Positions 39,919-50,900 of a stretch of DNA of 64,000 nt are shown in pieces. Position 1 is the stretch's first letter, and each line of letters opens with the position of its first letter. The stretch covers positions 1 through 64,000 of the IMG/VR virus record IMGVR_UViG_3300020029_000569, one strand, 5' to 3'. Source of the stretch: a virus. Taxonomy: Duplodnaviria; Caudoviricetes. Under the pieces are notes generated by a model. It ran no database searches. It saw only the letters and a program-made list of their open reading frames with translations, and had not been told where the DNA came from. Both the position numbers and the translations under genes were made by a program.

Positions 39919-42900
39919 TTGGAACAAGTTAATATCCCTAAATTCCCTGTCAAATTACAATTAGACGCTGCACATGAAAAGATGCAGGATATAGAAAGTA
40001 GGTTTCTAAAAAATGTCCGTGTACTTCAAAATGCAAACCCTAATAATACAAACCTTAGTGGTAACAATACTAAGACGGGTTCTAATGCAGGTAGTCAAAC
40101 ACCACTATTATCAAACAAATTAGTTGATAATGAATTTGTATTACCATTAGGGACAAATAAGACTATTGGAACTTATGAAAGTAAAGAGACAAATGAATTG
40201 TATTGGTTTGTTTGGAACTCAAATCTTCAACATACTGTAAACGTAATTGACGGGATTACCGAACAATGCTATACCGTTTTTAAAGGTAGTTGTTTGGAAT
40301 TTTCACTTGATCCAAAATATGCAATACCCGAACACAAAGTCTATCTGCAACTAACTTACGATGCTACAATAATTGACGGGGAACAAGTAAAGACACTTCT
40401 TGAAAAGGAATTGATATTTACAGATGCCCTTAATAACGTAAGGCAAATAAATGTGTTTGCAAGTATAGGTAGTAATAGTTTCACAACGGATTATTTCAAA
40501 CCCGTATTCCCTCATTACAATGCTTGCTGTGATTATATTACACTTGCACCAATAGCACCAATGTATTGCCCACAAGTAGAACTTATTAAAAGGGTTCAAG
40601 GTGCTGATGGTCATGCTATTGATAAAGAACTGCCAAATCAATTATTCAATAATCCGTTGCAAATTGCATACAACTTTGGATATGTTGATAATAGACCAAG
40701 TAGTGCAAGTCCCTATTCGACACCTATTATAGTTGGGGGGACTGATTGTGCTGACCAAAATCCTGAAACATTACCAAGATGTGCAAAAGTTAAGTTTTGG
40801 GCGGGTAATGCTTTTGTAAACCTTATTAATATTTATTTCAGAAGCGCACCTAATGGGAATTGGTATTTGTACGATACTATATTCAAACATAATTGCCCTG
40901 ACGAAAACGTACATTGGTGGGAGCGTACAGAAGCGTGGAATGACTTTAATTACAACGAAGAAGATAACACCATTGAATATACATTTTGCGCAAATAAAGA
41001 ATGTACACCAATAGACCAATCGCTATTTGAACACATTGAAAATAATATACCTTTTGCATCAGTAGCACTAAGTCCCGCAGGTAATAATCTATTACTCGCA
41101 AATACTTTAGTAGGTAGCGATAACCTAACTTGCGAACAAGTAAGTAGTTTTAGTATATCGGTTACACCGCAAGAAAGTGATGTTTGTGAAATACCAAAAA
41201 GGCAAATTAAAATCTACATGATTATCAGAAATGATAGCAATGATGGGCATGGACATGGTAATGAATGTCAGTTTTTATTTGGTAATTCAAAAGGTGGCAA
41301 CCAACCTATTGATGGTAGATTTTACTTTGGCGGTTTTGGTTGGAGAAGAAACCCTGCAACTACACAAATGAGAGTAGCTATTGACGGTAGAAGTGGTTGG
41401 GATAGTTGGAAAGGGTATAAACAATATGTACCTTCAACAATAGAAGAACAAACAGGTGGTTTCGTAGGTTATTTAGCAGGAACAAACTTCGTTTCAATAT
41501 CAAGCCAAGTAAAATATTTTGACGGTAATTGTGATGTAGAAGAATTAGGAATTATATATCGTGATTTATCTACAATGTATAATCCAAATGGAAGTTTTGA
41601 TAGCCTTGTAGAAGCATTAAAAGATGGTGAATATCTAATACTTCAAGAATTTGTTTTTGAAGATGTACCCGCAGGAAAATATGTATTTAGAGTAGCAGGG
41701 CATAGGTCAGGAATGGATAACGGATTTGAACAAACAAGTTCATACGTTTATGGGAGTGAAGCAATAACACCATGTGCAGTTGAAAGTGGAGAATGTGTTA
41801 CACCCGCAATAAGAAATGATTACGAATGGACTATTGACGTTTGCGAATGTGATTACAATAGTTTGAATGATGGTTATTTAATGAAGTTATTAGACCTTAC
41901 TTATCCTGATTTTGAAAACGATTTAAGGAATGTAATTACATATAATTTCGTAAGAGAAGTGTATGTTTATGAAGATGAAAATAATTCAATCCCATTTGAA
42001 AAACAACAAGCAAACTTCGAGTTTGGGAAATTTAAAGACAAAATAACAGGAATTGATGTAACCGTAGATGGATTTGAAGTTGGTGGTGTACCGTTATTAT
42101 TAATAGACCCATTAACAACGAATATAGCAGGAATAGGATTCCCCATACCATGTCCACCTGCCCCTTTATTACCATTTGCAGGTATGTTAGATACGCCAAG
42201 TGGAGTAGAAAATACAACATTAAGAATTACAGACCATAACGGATTTGTATTTCATAGAGAACAATTTTGGAGATGGAGATTATTTTTTAATGTGCTTAAT
42301 TGTTTACCTTTTGACATGACAGCGCAATTTGGAGAACCTACATTAGGAACATTTAGCATTACTTATACGGATAAATGTTATAACCTTAATTTTAAAGATG
42401 TACAAGTAGGGATAACAAAAGTTCAACCACCTGTAACACTATTGAATAATAAAGGGTATAAAGGTTTATTGGGTACAGTATCAGTAAGTACAGGTACAGC
42501 AGATGATGAGTGCAATAGATACCTAATAAAAGGTAATTTAAAAGATACAGACGGTAATGCTTTAGTAGGTGCAAATATTGGATATACAGGTAGCCAATTC
42601 GTAATGACTGATGGGTTTGGTAATTTCAGTTTGATAGCACACCAAAATACTTCATTTGATAGAAGCGATTATTTCATTATTAGTAATGTAGGTAGTGCTT
42701 GTACCATAGTATGTGTAGATAGTGAGGACTGTACGTTATGTTGTGAAGATACATACCAAGAAATAACTTTAGATGATACTCCTTGTGTATTATGTGAAAA
42801 GTTAGAAATTGATATGGGTGATTTCGTATTTAAGAAAATTAACTTTCCCGATAGAGGATTAAAAGGTAGATATGGTATTGGAGGTGTTGGTTGGGATTGT

Positions 42901-45015
42901 TATGGACGTATTGTAACAGGGGGTGTAAATATTATAGATTATATTAATGTGCCTGAATGTTGGACTAAACACCCACTTATTTCATGGTCATGGGATGGAC
43001 TTAATCTACTACCACAAGAAGTTAAATACTTTTCATTCTACATGACCAAAAACCTTAATGGTAATTATATTCAGTGGGTAGCAGATGCCTTTGATTTACT
43101 TGATGAAAATGGCAATGTAACCACAAATAGAGGTAAAGCAGTAGCAGTAGCAGTAGATATGAAATCATTGCTACAATACAACATAATAAACAAATTCAAT
43201 ACCCTTGCAACCTATCAATTTGTAGAAGGAGATATACTTAAAATTATTGACGATTGTGATAATCCAATATTTTACAGAATAACGGGGACTACCTTTGGAA
43301 CTCCCGAACAAACTGCACTTGAACAAGAACTTACAGTAACAAACAATGTAGGGGATACGGCAACTACTAAAACTAATTATGCTACCGCAAACGGAAGTAC
43401 TATTATCATTCCTTATGATGGACAAATAGATGCTTTATTAGAAAGTTGTGGGATTAAGATTGAAATTGACAGACCCTATGAATGTCAAGACAACTCATAT
43501 CCGTTTTTTGAATTATGCTGCATGATACCCGTTTACGAAGGAGTGCCAATGGATCATTTTTGTTGTGATGGAGGTAGTGGCGAAAGTGGCGGTTCGGGTA
43601 GTGGTTCGGGTAGTGGAGATTTAACGGGTTGTGTACTTAACGCATTTGACACTTATAAGATTTTCAGAAACATACCTCGAATATCTGATTGCAGTGCAAA
43701 CCCTGACGATGACCCTTACTTCTCAAATAATGTAACTGATTTTTGGGGTGCAGGTGTAGGTAGTTTTGGTAGGATAGGTGCAAGAAATCCATACGCACAA
43801 AGGATATGGGAACAAAACAGAGTAGCAAGAAGTCAGGCATGGATAAATAATGGAATCGTAAACGGACTTGCGACATTTTGGAATGAGAACGTAAAAGATT
43901 ACGATACTCAAAACTTCGGGGGCATACAAGCGATGTACGCATTCAGAAACTTTGTTGGATTTATCTGTACGCAGGACTTCTTTGCAGCAGACTACAACGT
44001 ACCTTATCTTTATAATGATGGTGAACAAATCAGGGTAACTTCACTTGACAGAAATTTAGGCGAACCAAAACAGAAGTCAGGAATGAACTATGGATGTTTC
44101 CAAGATAACACAAGCAGCATAGTTTTCAATGACGGATTAGCATACTACTATTCACAGAATGAGTATATCATGTGTGATTTTAATACTGCTATTGACATAG
44201 GAAAAGACGGAGTGAAAAGTTGGATGATAGATAAAAACAAATATCTTCAAAACTTCAACAAAGCAATAGCGGATCAGGGTGCTTATGATTACTTTTTATT
44301 TGAAGTAATTTCGGGTTATGACCCTATGAATGACGAAGTAGTAACAACAGTAAGACCAAGAAACGGGTTATCTCAAAATACCAAGTCATTTGTAAATGAA
44401 AATAGAGATATTAGGATAGAAGTAGGGGAAACTATTGTGTATAACGCTATTTTAAAATCATGGGTTAATTTTAGAGGGTATGTACCCGAATACTATGGCA
44501 AACTCAAAAATGCCAAAAGCGGTATGCAGATGTACACCTTTGTATGTGGATTGCCCTATCAGCATAATAATCTTCAAGGAACGTACGGTACATTCTATGG
44601 GCATAAACAAACACCAGTAGTTGAAGTATTGGTAAATAATACCGACAGCAAAGTAAAAATATACCTTAGTGCCTCACAAGAAATATTGCCACAAACAATG
44701 TTTGTGGATAGGATAATGTCAGAGGAAGTTAATTCACTTTCGTACCTACCAATGCCCTATTGGACGAAAAAGGAAAATATCTTTTACGGGGCATTTTGGA
44801 GGGACATGGCAAGCTATTGGGATGCTAACTATATGCAGGAATCAACCTATTTTGAAGGTAAGAGAATATTCGGTAAATTTGCATTTATGAGATATGTAAA
44901 TACATACGATAATTCAGATAAGTACTTTGCATTAACTCATTTTTGGACTTTAGTAACAGGTAGTGAACTTTCTATGAAACCACAAATCGCTGCACCAAAC
45001 CAACAAGGACAATAA
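39919..45015 (+). CDS. Tail nozzle/muzzle (stabilisation, P22 gp10-like) protein
   Basis: 1698 aa; SRFLKNVR, LYWFVWNS, GYDP.NDE, KKENIFYG, EGKRIFGKFA. Confidence 0.75.
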   Translation: MEQVNIPKFPVKLQLDAAHEKMQDIESRFLKNVRVLQNANPNNTNLSGNNTKTGSNAGSQTPLLSNKLVDNEFVLPLGTNKTIGTYESKETNELYWFVWNSNLQHTVNVIDGITEQCYTVFKGSCLEFSLDPKYAIPEHKVYLQLTYDATIIDGEQVKTLLEKELIFTDALNNVRQINVFASIGSNSFTTDYFKPVFPHYNACCDYITLAPIAPMYCPQVELIKRVQGADGHAIDKELPNQLFNNPLQIAYNFGYVDNRPSSASPYSTPIIVGGTDCADQNPETLPRCAKVKFWAGNAFVNLINIYFRSAPNGNWYLYDTIFKHNCPDENVHWWERTEAWNDFNYNEEDNTIEYTFCANKECTPIDQSLFEHIENNIPFASVALSPAGNNLLLANTLVGSDNLTCEQVSSFSISVTPQESDVCEIPKRQIKIYMIIRNDSNDGHGHGNECQFLFGNSKGGNQPIDGRFYFGGFGWRRNPATTQMRVAIDGRSGWDSWKGYKQYVPSTIEEQTGGFVGYLAGTNFVSISSQVKYFDGNCDVEELGIIYRDLSTMYNPNGSFDSLVEALKDGEYLILQEFVFEDVPAGKYVFRVAGHRSGMDNGFEQTSSYVYGSEAITPCAVESGECVTPAIRNDYEWTIDVCECDYNSLNDGYLMKLLDLTYPDFENDLRNVITYNFVREVYVYEDENNSIPFEKQQANFEFGKFKDKITGIDVTVDGFEVGGVPLLLIDPLTTNIAGIGFPIPCPPAPLLPFAGMLDTPSGVENTTLRITDHNGFVFHREQFWRWRLFFNVLNCLPFDMTAQFGEPTLGTFSITYTDKCYNLNFKDVQVGITKVQPPVTLLNNKGYKGLLGTVSVSTGTADDECNRYLIKGNLKDTDGNALVGANIGYTGSQFVMTDGFGNFSLIAHQNTSFDRSDYFIISNVGSACTIVCVDSEDCTLCCEDTYQEITLDDTPCVLCEKLEIDMGDFVFKKINFPDRGLKGRYGIGGVGWDCYGRIVTGGVNIIDYINVPECWTKHPLISWSWDGLNLLPQEVKYFSFYMTKNLNGNYIQWVADAFDLLDENGNVTTNRGKAVAVAVDMKSLLQYNIINKFNTLATYQFVEGDILKIIDDCDNPIFYRITGTTFGTPEQTALEQELTVTNNVGDTATTKTNYATANGSTIIIPYDGQIDALLESCGIKIEIDRPYECQDNSYPFFELCCMIPVYEGVPMDHFCCDGGSGESGGSGSGSGSGDLTGCVLNAFDTYKIFRNIPRISDCSANPDDDPYFSNNVTDFWGAGVGSFGRIGARNPYAQRIWEQNRVARSQAWINNGIVNGLATFWNENVKDYDTQNFGGIQAMYAFRNFVGFICTQDFFAADYNVPYLYNDGEQIRVTSLDRNLGEPKQKSGMNYGCFQDNTSSIVFNDGLAYYYSQNEYIMCDFNTAIDIGKDGVKSWMIDKNKYLQNFNKAIADQGAYDYFLFEVISGYDPMNDEVVTTVRPRNGLSQNTKSFVNENRDIRIEVGETIVYNAILKSWVNFRGYVPEYYGKLKNAKSGMQMYTFVCGLPYQHNNLQGTYGTFYGHKQTPVVEVLVNNTDSKVKIYLSASQEILPQTMFVDRIMSEEVNSLSYLPMPYWTKKENIFYGAFWRDMASYWDANYMQESTYFEGKRIFGKFAFMRYVNTYDNSDKYFALTHFWTLVTGSELSMKPQIAAPNQQGQ

Positions 45016-45016
45016 C

Positions 45017-45343
45017 ATGGCACTAATTACATACTTTGAACCAAATTGGGAACGAACAGTAAGGGCGGCATACGCTGAAAGTAAAAGCAATGCAATTACA
45101 GATGCAGCAGTGCAAAATATAGGTTTTTTAATTAAAAATAATTGCTATCTTTACAGAGTAGAGGACACTTCAAACGGTAGTTTTATTGGTTTTGTAGTAT
45201 ATGAAGGGAACGGAGTACCATTGTTAAATTACAATGGAGATTTGATACCAAAAGCAGGACACATAAGGCCGCAGTTTGAAGTTCAACCTATCATAGCAGA
45301 GTATAATTATATCTTAACAACAACCGTAAACAATAATATTTAA
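45017..45343 (+). CDS. Small protein between nozzle and cargo genes (possibly degenerate GNAT)
   Basis: FIGFVVY...HIRPQF; position. Confidence 0.4.
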   Translation: MALITYFEPNWERTVRAAYAESKSNAITDAAVQNIGFLIKNNCYLYRVEDTSNGSFIGFVVYEGNGVPLLNYNGDLIPKAGHIRPQFEVQPIIAEYNYILTTTVNNNI

Positions 45344-45345
45344 CA

Positions 45346-46089
45346 ATGTGGGGGGCCATAATTCAACTTATCGCAGGTTTAGGGACAGCAGGATATAACG
45401 CCTACAAAGCCAATAAAACCAAAAAAGAACTTAAAGACTTAGGTGATGTTGACTATACTATACCACAAGGATATGGAGATAATGTAGGAGTTACAGCAAA
45501 TGAATTAGCGCAAGGTGGGATAGATGCAGATACTCTAAATAAAATATTAGGACAATACCAACAACAATTTGCAGCATCTTCTAATTCAGTTTTACAAGCG
45601 GGTGGAGGTGTTAACGACATTGCTAAATTATACGGAAAATTTAATGACAGCGTAACTAAATTAGGGGTTCAAAGTACAGCATTAAGAAACCAAAAATTAG
45701 AGAATTACTTACAGTCCGTATCTACTTATGCAGGACAAGGAGCATTGCAATGGAAACTTAACCAATACGATAGAAACCGTAATGATAAAGCAGCAGCATC
45801 GGCAGCACTTCAAGGTTTTAATCAGGGGACAAATAGCGGGGTAAACATGGCAGTTCAAGGCGGTGTAAACTTAGGAAATTACTTAAATTCACCAAGCGTA
45901 AATACAAACCAAAGTCAATACAATGACATGGTTAAGAAAGCATTTGCAAGTGAAACAGACCCCGTTTTCTATAATAACAATTTTGGTAACCCGCCACTTG
46001 CAAGCACTCAATACGCAAACCAAAACCAAGCAAACAACGCTATTGATATAGGCGGTATGAACAATGTAAACCAAATGTGGAATTTTTAA
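45346..46089 (+). CDS. Internal virion (ejection/pilot) protein
   Basis: Hydrophobic G/A N-terminus, Q/N/G/A-rich, no Cys. Confidence 0.7.
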   Translation: MWGAIIQLIAGLGTAGYNAYKANKTKKELKDLGDVDYTIPQGYGDNVGVTANELAQGGIDADTLNKILGQYQQQFAASSNSVLQAGGGVNDIAKLYGKFNDSVTKLGVQSTALRNQKLENYLQSVSTYAGQGALQWKLNQYDRNRNDKAAASAALQGFNQGTNSGVNMAVQGGVNLGNYLNSPSVNTNQSQYNDMVKKAFASETDPVFYNNNFGNPPLASTQYANQNQANNAIDIGGMNNVNQMWNF

Positions 46090-46090
46090 A

Positions 46091-47926
46091 ATGGCATACA
46101 CGGAACAAACATTTACGAATTTAGGCAGTGTACAAGCCCCCGATGCAAGTCAATCAACAGCATTTGCAGGTAGTACCCCATTTGCATTTTCAGAAGGTAC
46201 TAATCAACTACTTAACCAAGTAACACAACAAGCGGTAAAGAGAAGGGAAGATGAAGTAAAAATGTACAATGATAATCTGCAAGCAGCGTTATCAAAAGCA
46301 AGTAACATAGCAGAAGGTTTGTCAGCACAAGATTATGATGAAGCAAAATCTAAATCTAAAAAGGCAATTAAATACATTTACGATAATCCTCAAATATTAT
46401 TAGGCAAAGACCCCGAAAAGTCAAACGAATTTAATAATATGCTTGTGGACATTGCATCATACACGCAACTCTCAAAAGCAACAAAAAAAATAGAGGATAA
46501 CTACAACGACCTCATTAAAAAAGATAGTGATTGGAATAACGAAGTGAATAATTATTATTTACAACAATACCGAAATACAACAGACCCTAACGAAAGGGCA
46601 AAAATGGCTTTTACTCCAATTAAAAATCCATTAGGTGATTTCCAAACATTAGTAGTACCTAAACTTCAACAAAACGCACCGATAGAAACACGCACAGAAG
46701 TTGACCCTAATGATAAAGGTAAATTAATTGTTTACCAAGATAAAATATTTGATGAAGGTGTTTATAAAGAAGCATTCAAAAACTACAACGGGGCGTATCT
46801 TACAGAAGAATGGAATGTAAGACCTGACATTCAACAACAATATGCTACTCCTGACGAATACATTGAATTTAAGGCAAAAGAAACATTCGTACCAAAAGCA
46901 ACAAGCAAAAGCAGTGTTACCAATAATGTATCTTATGTTGAAGGTAAAAAGAACGAAAGAAACCAAGCAAGTATAGAAGGTAGGGCAACAGAAGGAGAAG
47001 CAAACCGTAATAACAAAATAAGGTTACAGGAATTAAAAGAAACCCAAACTTCAACTAATCCACAATACAAAAATATTGCACCTATACTTAATAATATAGA
47101 CGGTTTTGAAAGTAATGTAATGAAAACAGTTGAAGCTACCCCCGCAATTGAAAAAATGACAGGTATAAAACAATACAAAGAGGTAAATCCTGCATTTATA
47201 AACGAAACAATTATTAAAGGAGTTTATCCAAATGGCGCAAGTCAATACGGGGATGCTTATGGAAAATTGTATATCGTAACGGATGCAAAAGGTAATTCAT
47301 ACTACGCTCCTGCAAAGGAATTATTCAAAGTTAAGGGCAAACCTGCAACAAAAGAAGAATACGAAGCGGCACAAAAAATATCACCTACCTCAGTTTCAAA
47401 AGAAGTGCTACCAAACAACGACAAAGGACGGCAATACACCAAAGAAACATTATTAGGTAGTGCAGTTGATAATACTGGTAATGGTAGATTTGAGTATGAT
47501 ATTTGGAAGAAAAATAACCAAGAAATACAAACCTTAGAAACGGAAGTTAACAAACCACAATCAGTACAAAAGCAAACATATAAATATCCCAAAATAACAG
47601 GGTATGTAGAAGAACTTAAAAATGATGGAATTGGCATAGGTTCAATAGATACAGGTGGGCATAATAAAGGCTCTTTACATGGCAAAACATTGGCAGTTGA
47701 TTTGCCTGCTTCTAAGAATGGTGGAATTGAAGGGCTGAAAACATTATTGCCAAAATTAAGAGAAAAATATCCCGAATTGGATATTGTAGATGAAATTACA
47801 AAACCAACAGGACAAAGCGTTTGGACGGGGGCGCATATTCATATCGAAATGGACGGAAAAAAAGCAAATTTCCCAGAAGTACAAGTAACAACAACAAAAA
47901 AAGATTGGAGTAAATACAAAAGATAA
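46091..47926 (+). CDS. Internal virion protein with C-terminal M15/LAS-type zinc peptidase domain
   Basis: GHNKGSLHGKTLAVD...HIHIE. Confidence 0.72.
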   Translation: MAYTEQTFTNLGSVQAPDASQSTAFAGSTPFAFSEGTNQLLNQVTQQAVKRREDEVKMYNDNLQAALSKASNIAEGLSAQDYDEAKSKSKKAIKYIYDNPQILLGKDPEKSNEFNNMLVDIASYTQLSKATKKIEDNYNDLIKKDSDWNNEVNNYYLQQYRNTTDPNERAKMAFTPIKNPLGDFQTLVVPKLQQNAPIETRTEVDPNDKGKLIVYQDKIFDEGVYKEAFKNYNGAYLTEEWNVRPDIQQQYATPDEYIEFKAKETFVPKATSKSSVTNNVSYVEGKKNERNQASIEGRATEGEANRNNKIRLQELKETQTSTNPQYKNIAPILNNIDGFESNVMKTVEATPAIEKMTGIKQYKEVNPAFINETIIKGVYPNGASQYGDAYGKLYIVTDAKGNSYYAPAKELFKVKGKPATKEEYEAAQKISPTSVSKEVLPNNDKGRQYTKETLLGSAVDNTGNGRFEYDIWKKNNQEIQTLETEVNKPQSVQKQTYKYPKITGYVEELKNDGIGIGSIDTGGHNKGSLHGKTLAVDLPASKNGGIEGLKTLLPKLREKYPELDIVDEITKPTGQSVWTGAHIHIEMDGKKANFPEVQVTTTKKDWSKYKR

Positions 47927-50900
47927 TGCCAATAAAAAAAACATATCAGTTAGGTAATGAAAAGTTTGATATTCCCGTAGAGGAAACACAGGCATTTTTA
48001 GCAGATAATCCCGATGCAGTAGAACTAAGTAGCTTTGTTGTTGGGAAAGATACGTTTGATATTCCTTTGCCCGAAGTTGAATCTTTTTTAGCAGATAATC
48101 CTGATGCTAAAGAAACATTTGGCGCAGTAAAAAAAAAAGAAACTCCGATACTATCACCGAACAAACCAAAAGCAGAATATCCTATCGCAAGTGGTTTATC
48201 AAGTGGCTCAATACCTCAATCACCTACACAAAGTACCCCAACGGTACAAAGCAATGGACAATCACAAAAAAGTAGTTTTTGGAAGGATGCTATAACAGCT
48301 ACTAAAGAAAATATTGCCCAACAAGGGAAAGTAAATAGACCTATTAAAGAAGATATTTTTACTCAAAATATATCAGGTGTAAAATCACCTATTGAAGTTG
48401 CAAGTAAGCCACAAAAGAAAGCAATAAAAGTTAATCTTAATGAGCAACAACAAAAAGAAGAAGATTACAAGCAGTCGTTACGAGATAAAATAAATTCAGG
48501 CATACCATTAGATATAGAAGAAACTAAATATGTAAAAAAAGCATTTGGGAAAATTGCACCACAAATAGGTAGTTTATCTGTTGCGGAAATTAATCAAGGG
48601 TTATTTGATGCAAACAAAAAAAATACACAACAACGTAGGGATGAATTGCTCAAAGAACATGAATTTGCTGATGTAAATAATAGAATAAAAAATGGCGAAG
48701 TAAGTAAAGAAGATTTACAGATAGCACAGGATAATGGGTTAATCCCACCATTTTTAAAATCAGAACAAGCCGAACAACTAAGGGTTAATTGGAATGCTGA
48801 TATTAAAAATGCTCATGCTGAAATAGATAATGCGCTTTCAAATAATATATCATCAATAGTCCAAAATCAACAAACAGAAAACGATAGGATTGACGCACTT
48901 AAAGCAGGTATCCGTTCTGAAAATTATTATCGTAAAGAAGATACGCCACAAAGGATTGCTCATATAAAAGATATGGAAAATGAGTTATTCCAACTTGAAA
49001 CTAAAAGAAAAAGAGAAGATGATTACCTAAACTCATTAGTTGATAATACTATCAAAGAAAGTCAAAGAGATATAATGATGATGGGTGGTTTTGAATTTGA
49101 CAAAGATAATCGTGGATTGCTTACTGAAAAAGGGCGTGCAGAGGTGGCAAAAGCAGTAGAAGATTATGTAGCAAAACAACCAGCAAGTAAACAGTTTTTG
49201 CTTAATTATAAAAATATCCGTAAAGAATCTTCACTAAAGTATCTCGTATCTCCTCTCATATCATCTCAATTCAAAACATCTGACGTTACAAAAGGAAATG
49301 CTTATTTAGAAGAAGTTGTCGCAAGGACAGCGGAAATATTGCCAAAGTATTTTAAGAATTACTACAAGTCAGTAGATGAAATTTCAAAAGACTTACCAAA
49401 AGAAGCAAAAGGACTTGTAAAGCAAGTCGCTGGAATAGAAGGTGGTACATTTGATAATAATTTTCGTCCAAAATTACTAAATGAGCAAGAAAAAGTAGCA
49501 GCAGTCAATACATTGAAATTCATGGAAATGAAGGGAGATGTAGATAGTCAAAATGCAAAATTTGAACAAGTAGTAAACACGCCACAAGTCAAATCGGTAT
49601 TAGGGCAAGAGTTAACAGACCTTGAAAACAAATACAATAATAAGGAGATAAATGGCGCAACTTTCAAAAACGAAAGACTTAAATTATTATACCTTAATCC
49701 TCAAACAAAATCATTAGCAGAACAATATATACAATCAGTTACAAATGCACAAAATAAGTATGAAAAAGACGTAAATGATTATTTAAAATCTATTCAGCCC
49801 GATTTTGCTAAATATACTAAAATTGATAATAAAGGAAATATAGTTTCTATTGCAGGGATGAAACCTGAAAAATTTGCATCCGTAATGACTGAATTGCAAA
49901 GTGCAAAACAAGTTTCAGAAATAAATGCAACTAAAGAAGTAATACAGGATAGAGAACAGAGAGGTAATGAAGCAATGGGTGAACCTACTGATATGAAAAT
50001 AATCCAACAAGGGTTTACGTCAGGATTAAATAATATGTACACCGCAAGGGCAAAATGGCTTTATGACCAAACAGGCATTGACTTTTTTAATGATGCAAGA
50101 ATAGGTGGAGAAATGGTTTTAAATACTGCAAATCAACCTAACGAAAGTACATTTGCAAAGGACAATTTTACATTAGAAGCAGGAGATTGGATGGGTGCAT
50201 TGAATCCTGCTTATATACTTCATACAGCATCTTCAAGCGCACCGTATATGATGGAAGCGATGGGTACAGGAATAGGCATAGGCGGTATTGCTAAAAATGT
50301 GCTATTAGAAGCAGGATTAGGAGAAGGAGTAGCATTATCAAGGTCGGGTAGATTAATTCAAAAATCACTTGCAGGGGCAAGCGGTGGTAGTCAGGATGCT
50401 TTTAGTACAATGGTATCAAACTATAATGATTTAGTTAAAGAAGGATTTAGCGTTAAAGATGCTGATAGAATTTCAAAAGAAGCATTTGTAAAAGAGGTAG
50501 TACCTGATATGTTATTTAGTGGAATTGGGATGGAAGGATTATTTAGGGCAACTGCAAAACCAACATTAAAAAATGTACTTAAAAGAACTGCTACAACATT
50601 TTTAGAACAAATACCCGAAGGCGCACAAGAAGCTATACAAGGGTATGCTTTAGAAGATGCGAAAGGAACAAAAGAAAATATATTCAATTATGCGTTAGAG
50701 GATAAGGATGGTTTTAATAATTTGATGGGTGGTTTTTCAGGTGGATTAGGAAGCGGTACGGTAGTATCGGCAGTAGGATTGGCAAAAGATACATACGGTT
50801 GGAATAAACTTTATAATATTTCAACTTCTGATATGCAAGATGCAGTAAGATATAGTGCAGTTGCAAATATGGTAAATAATCCTTCGGATATAAAATCACA

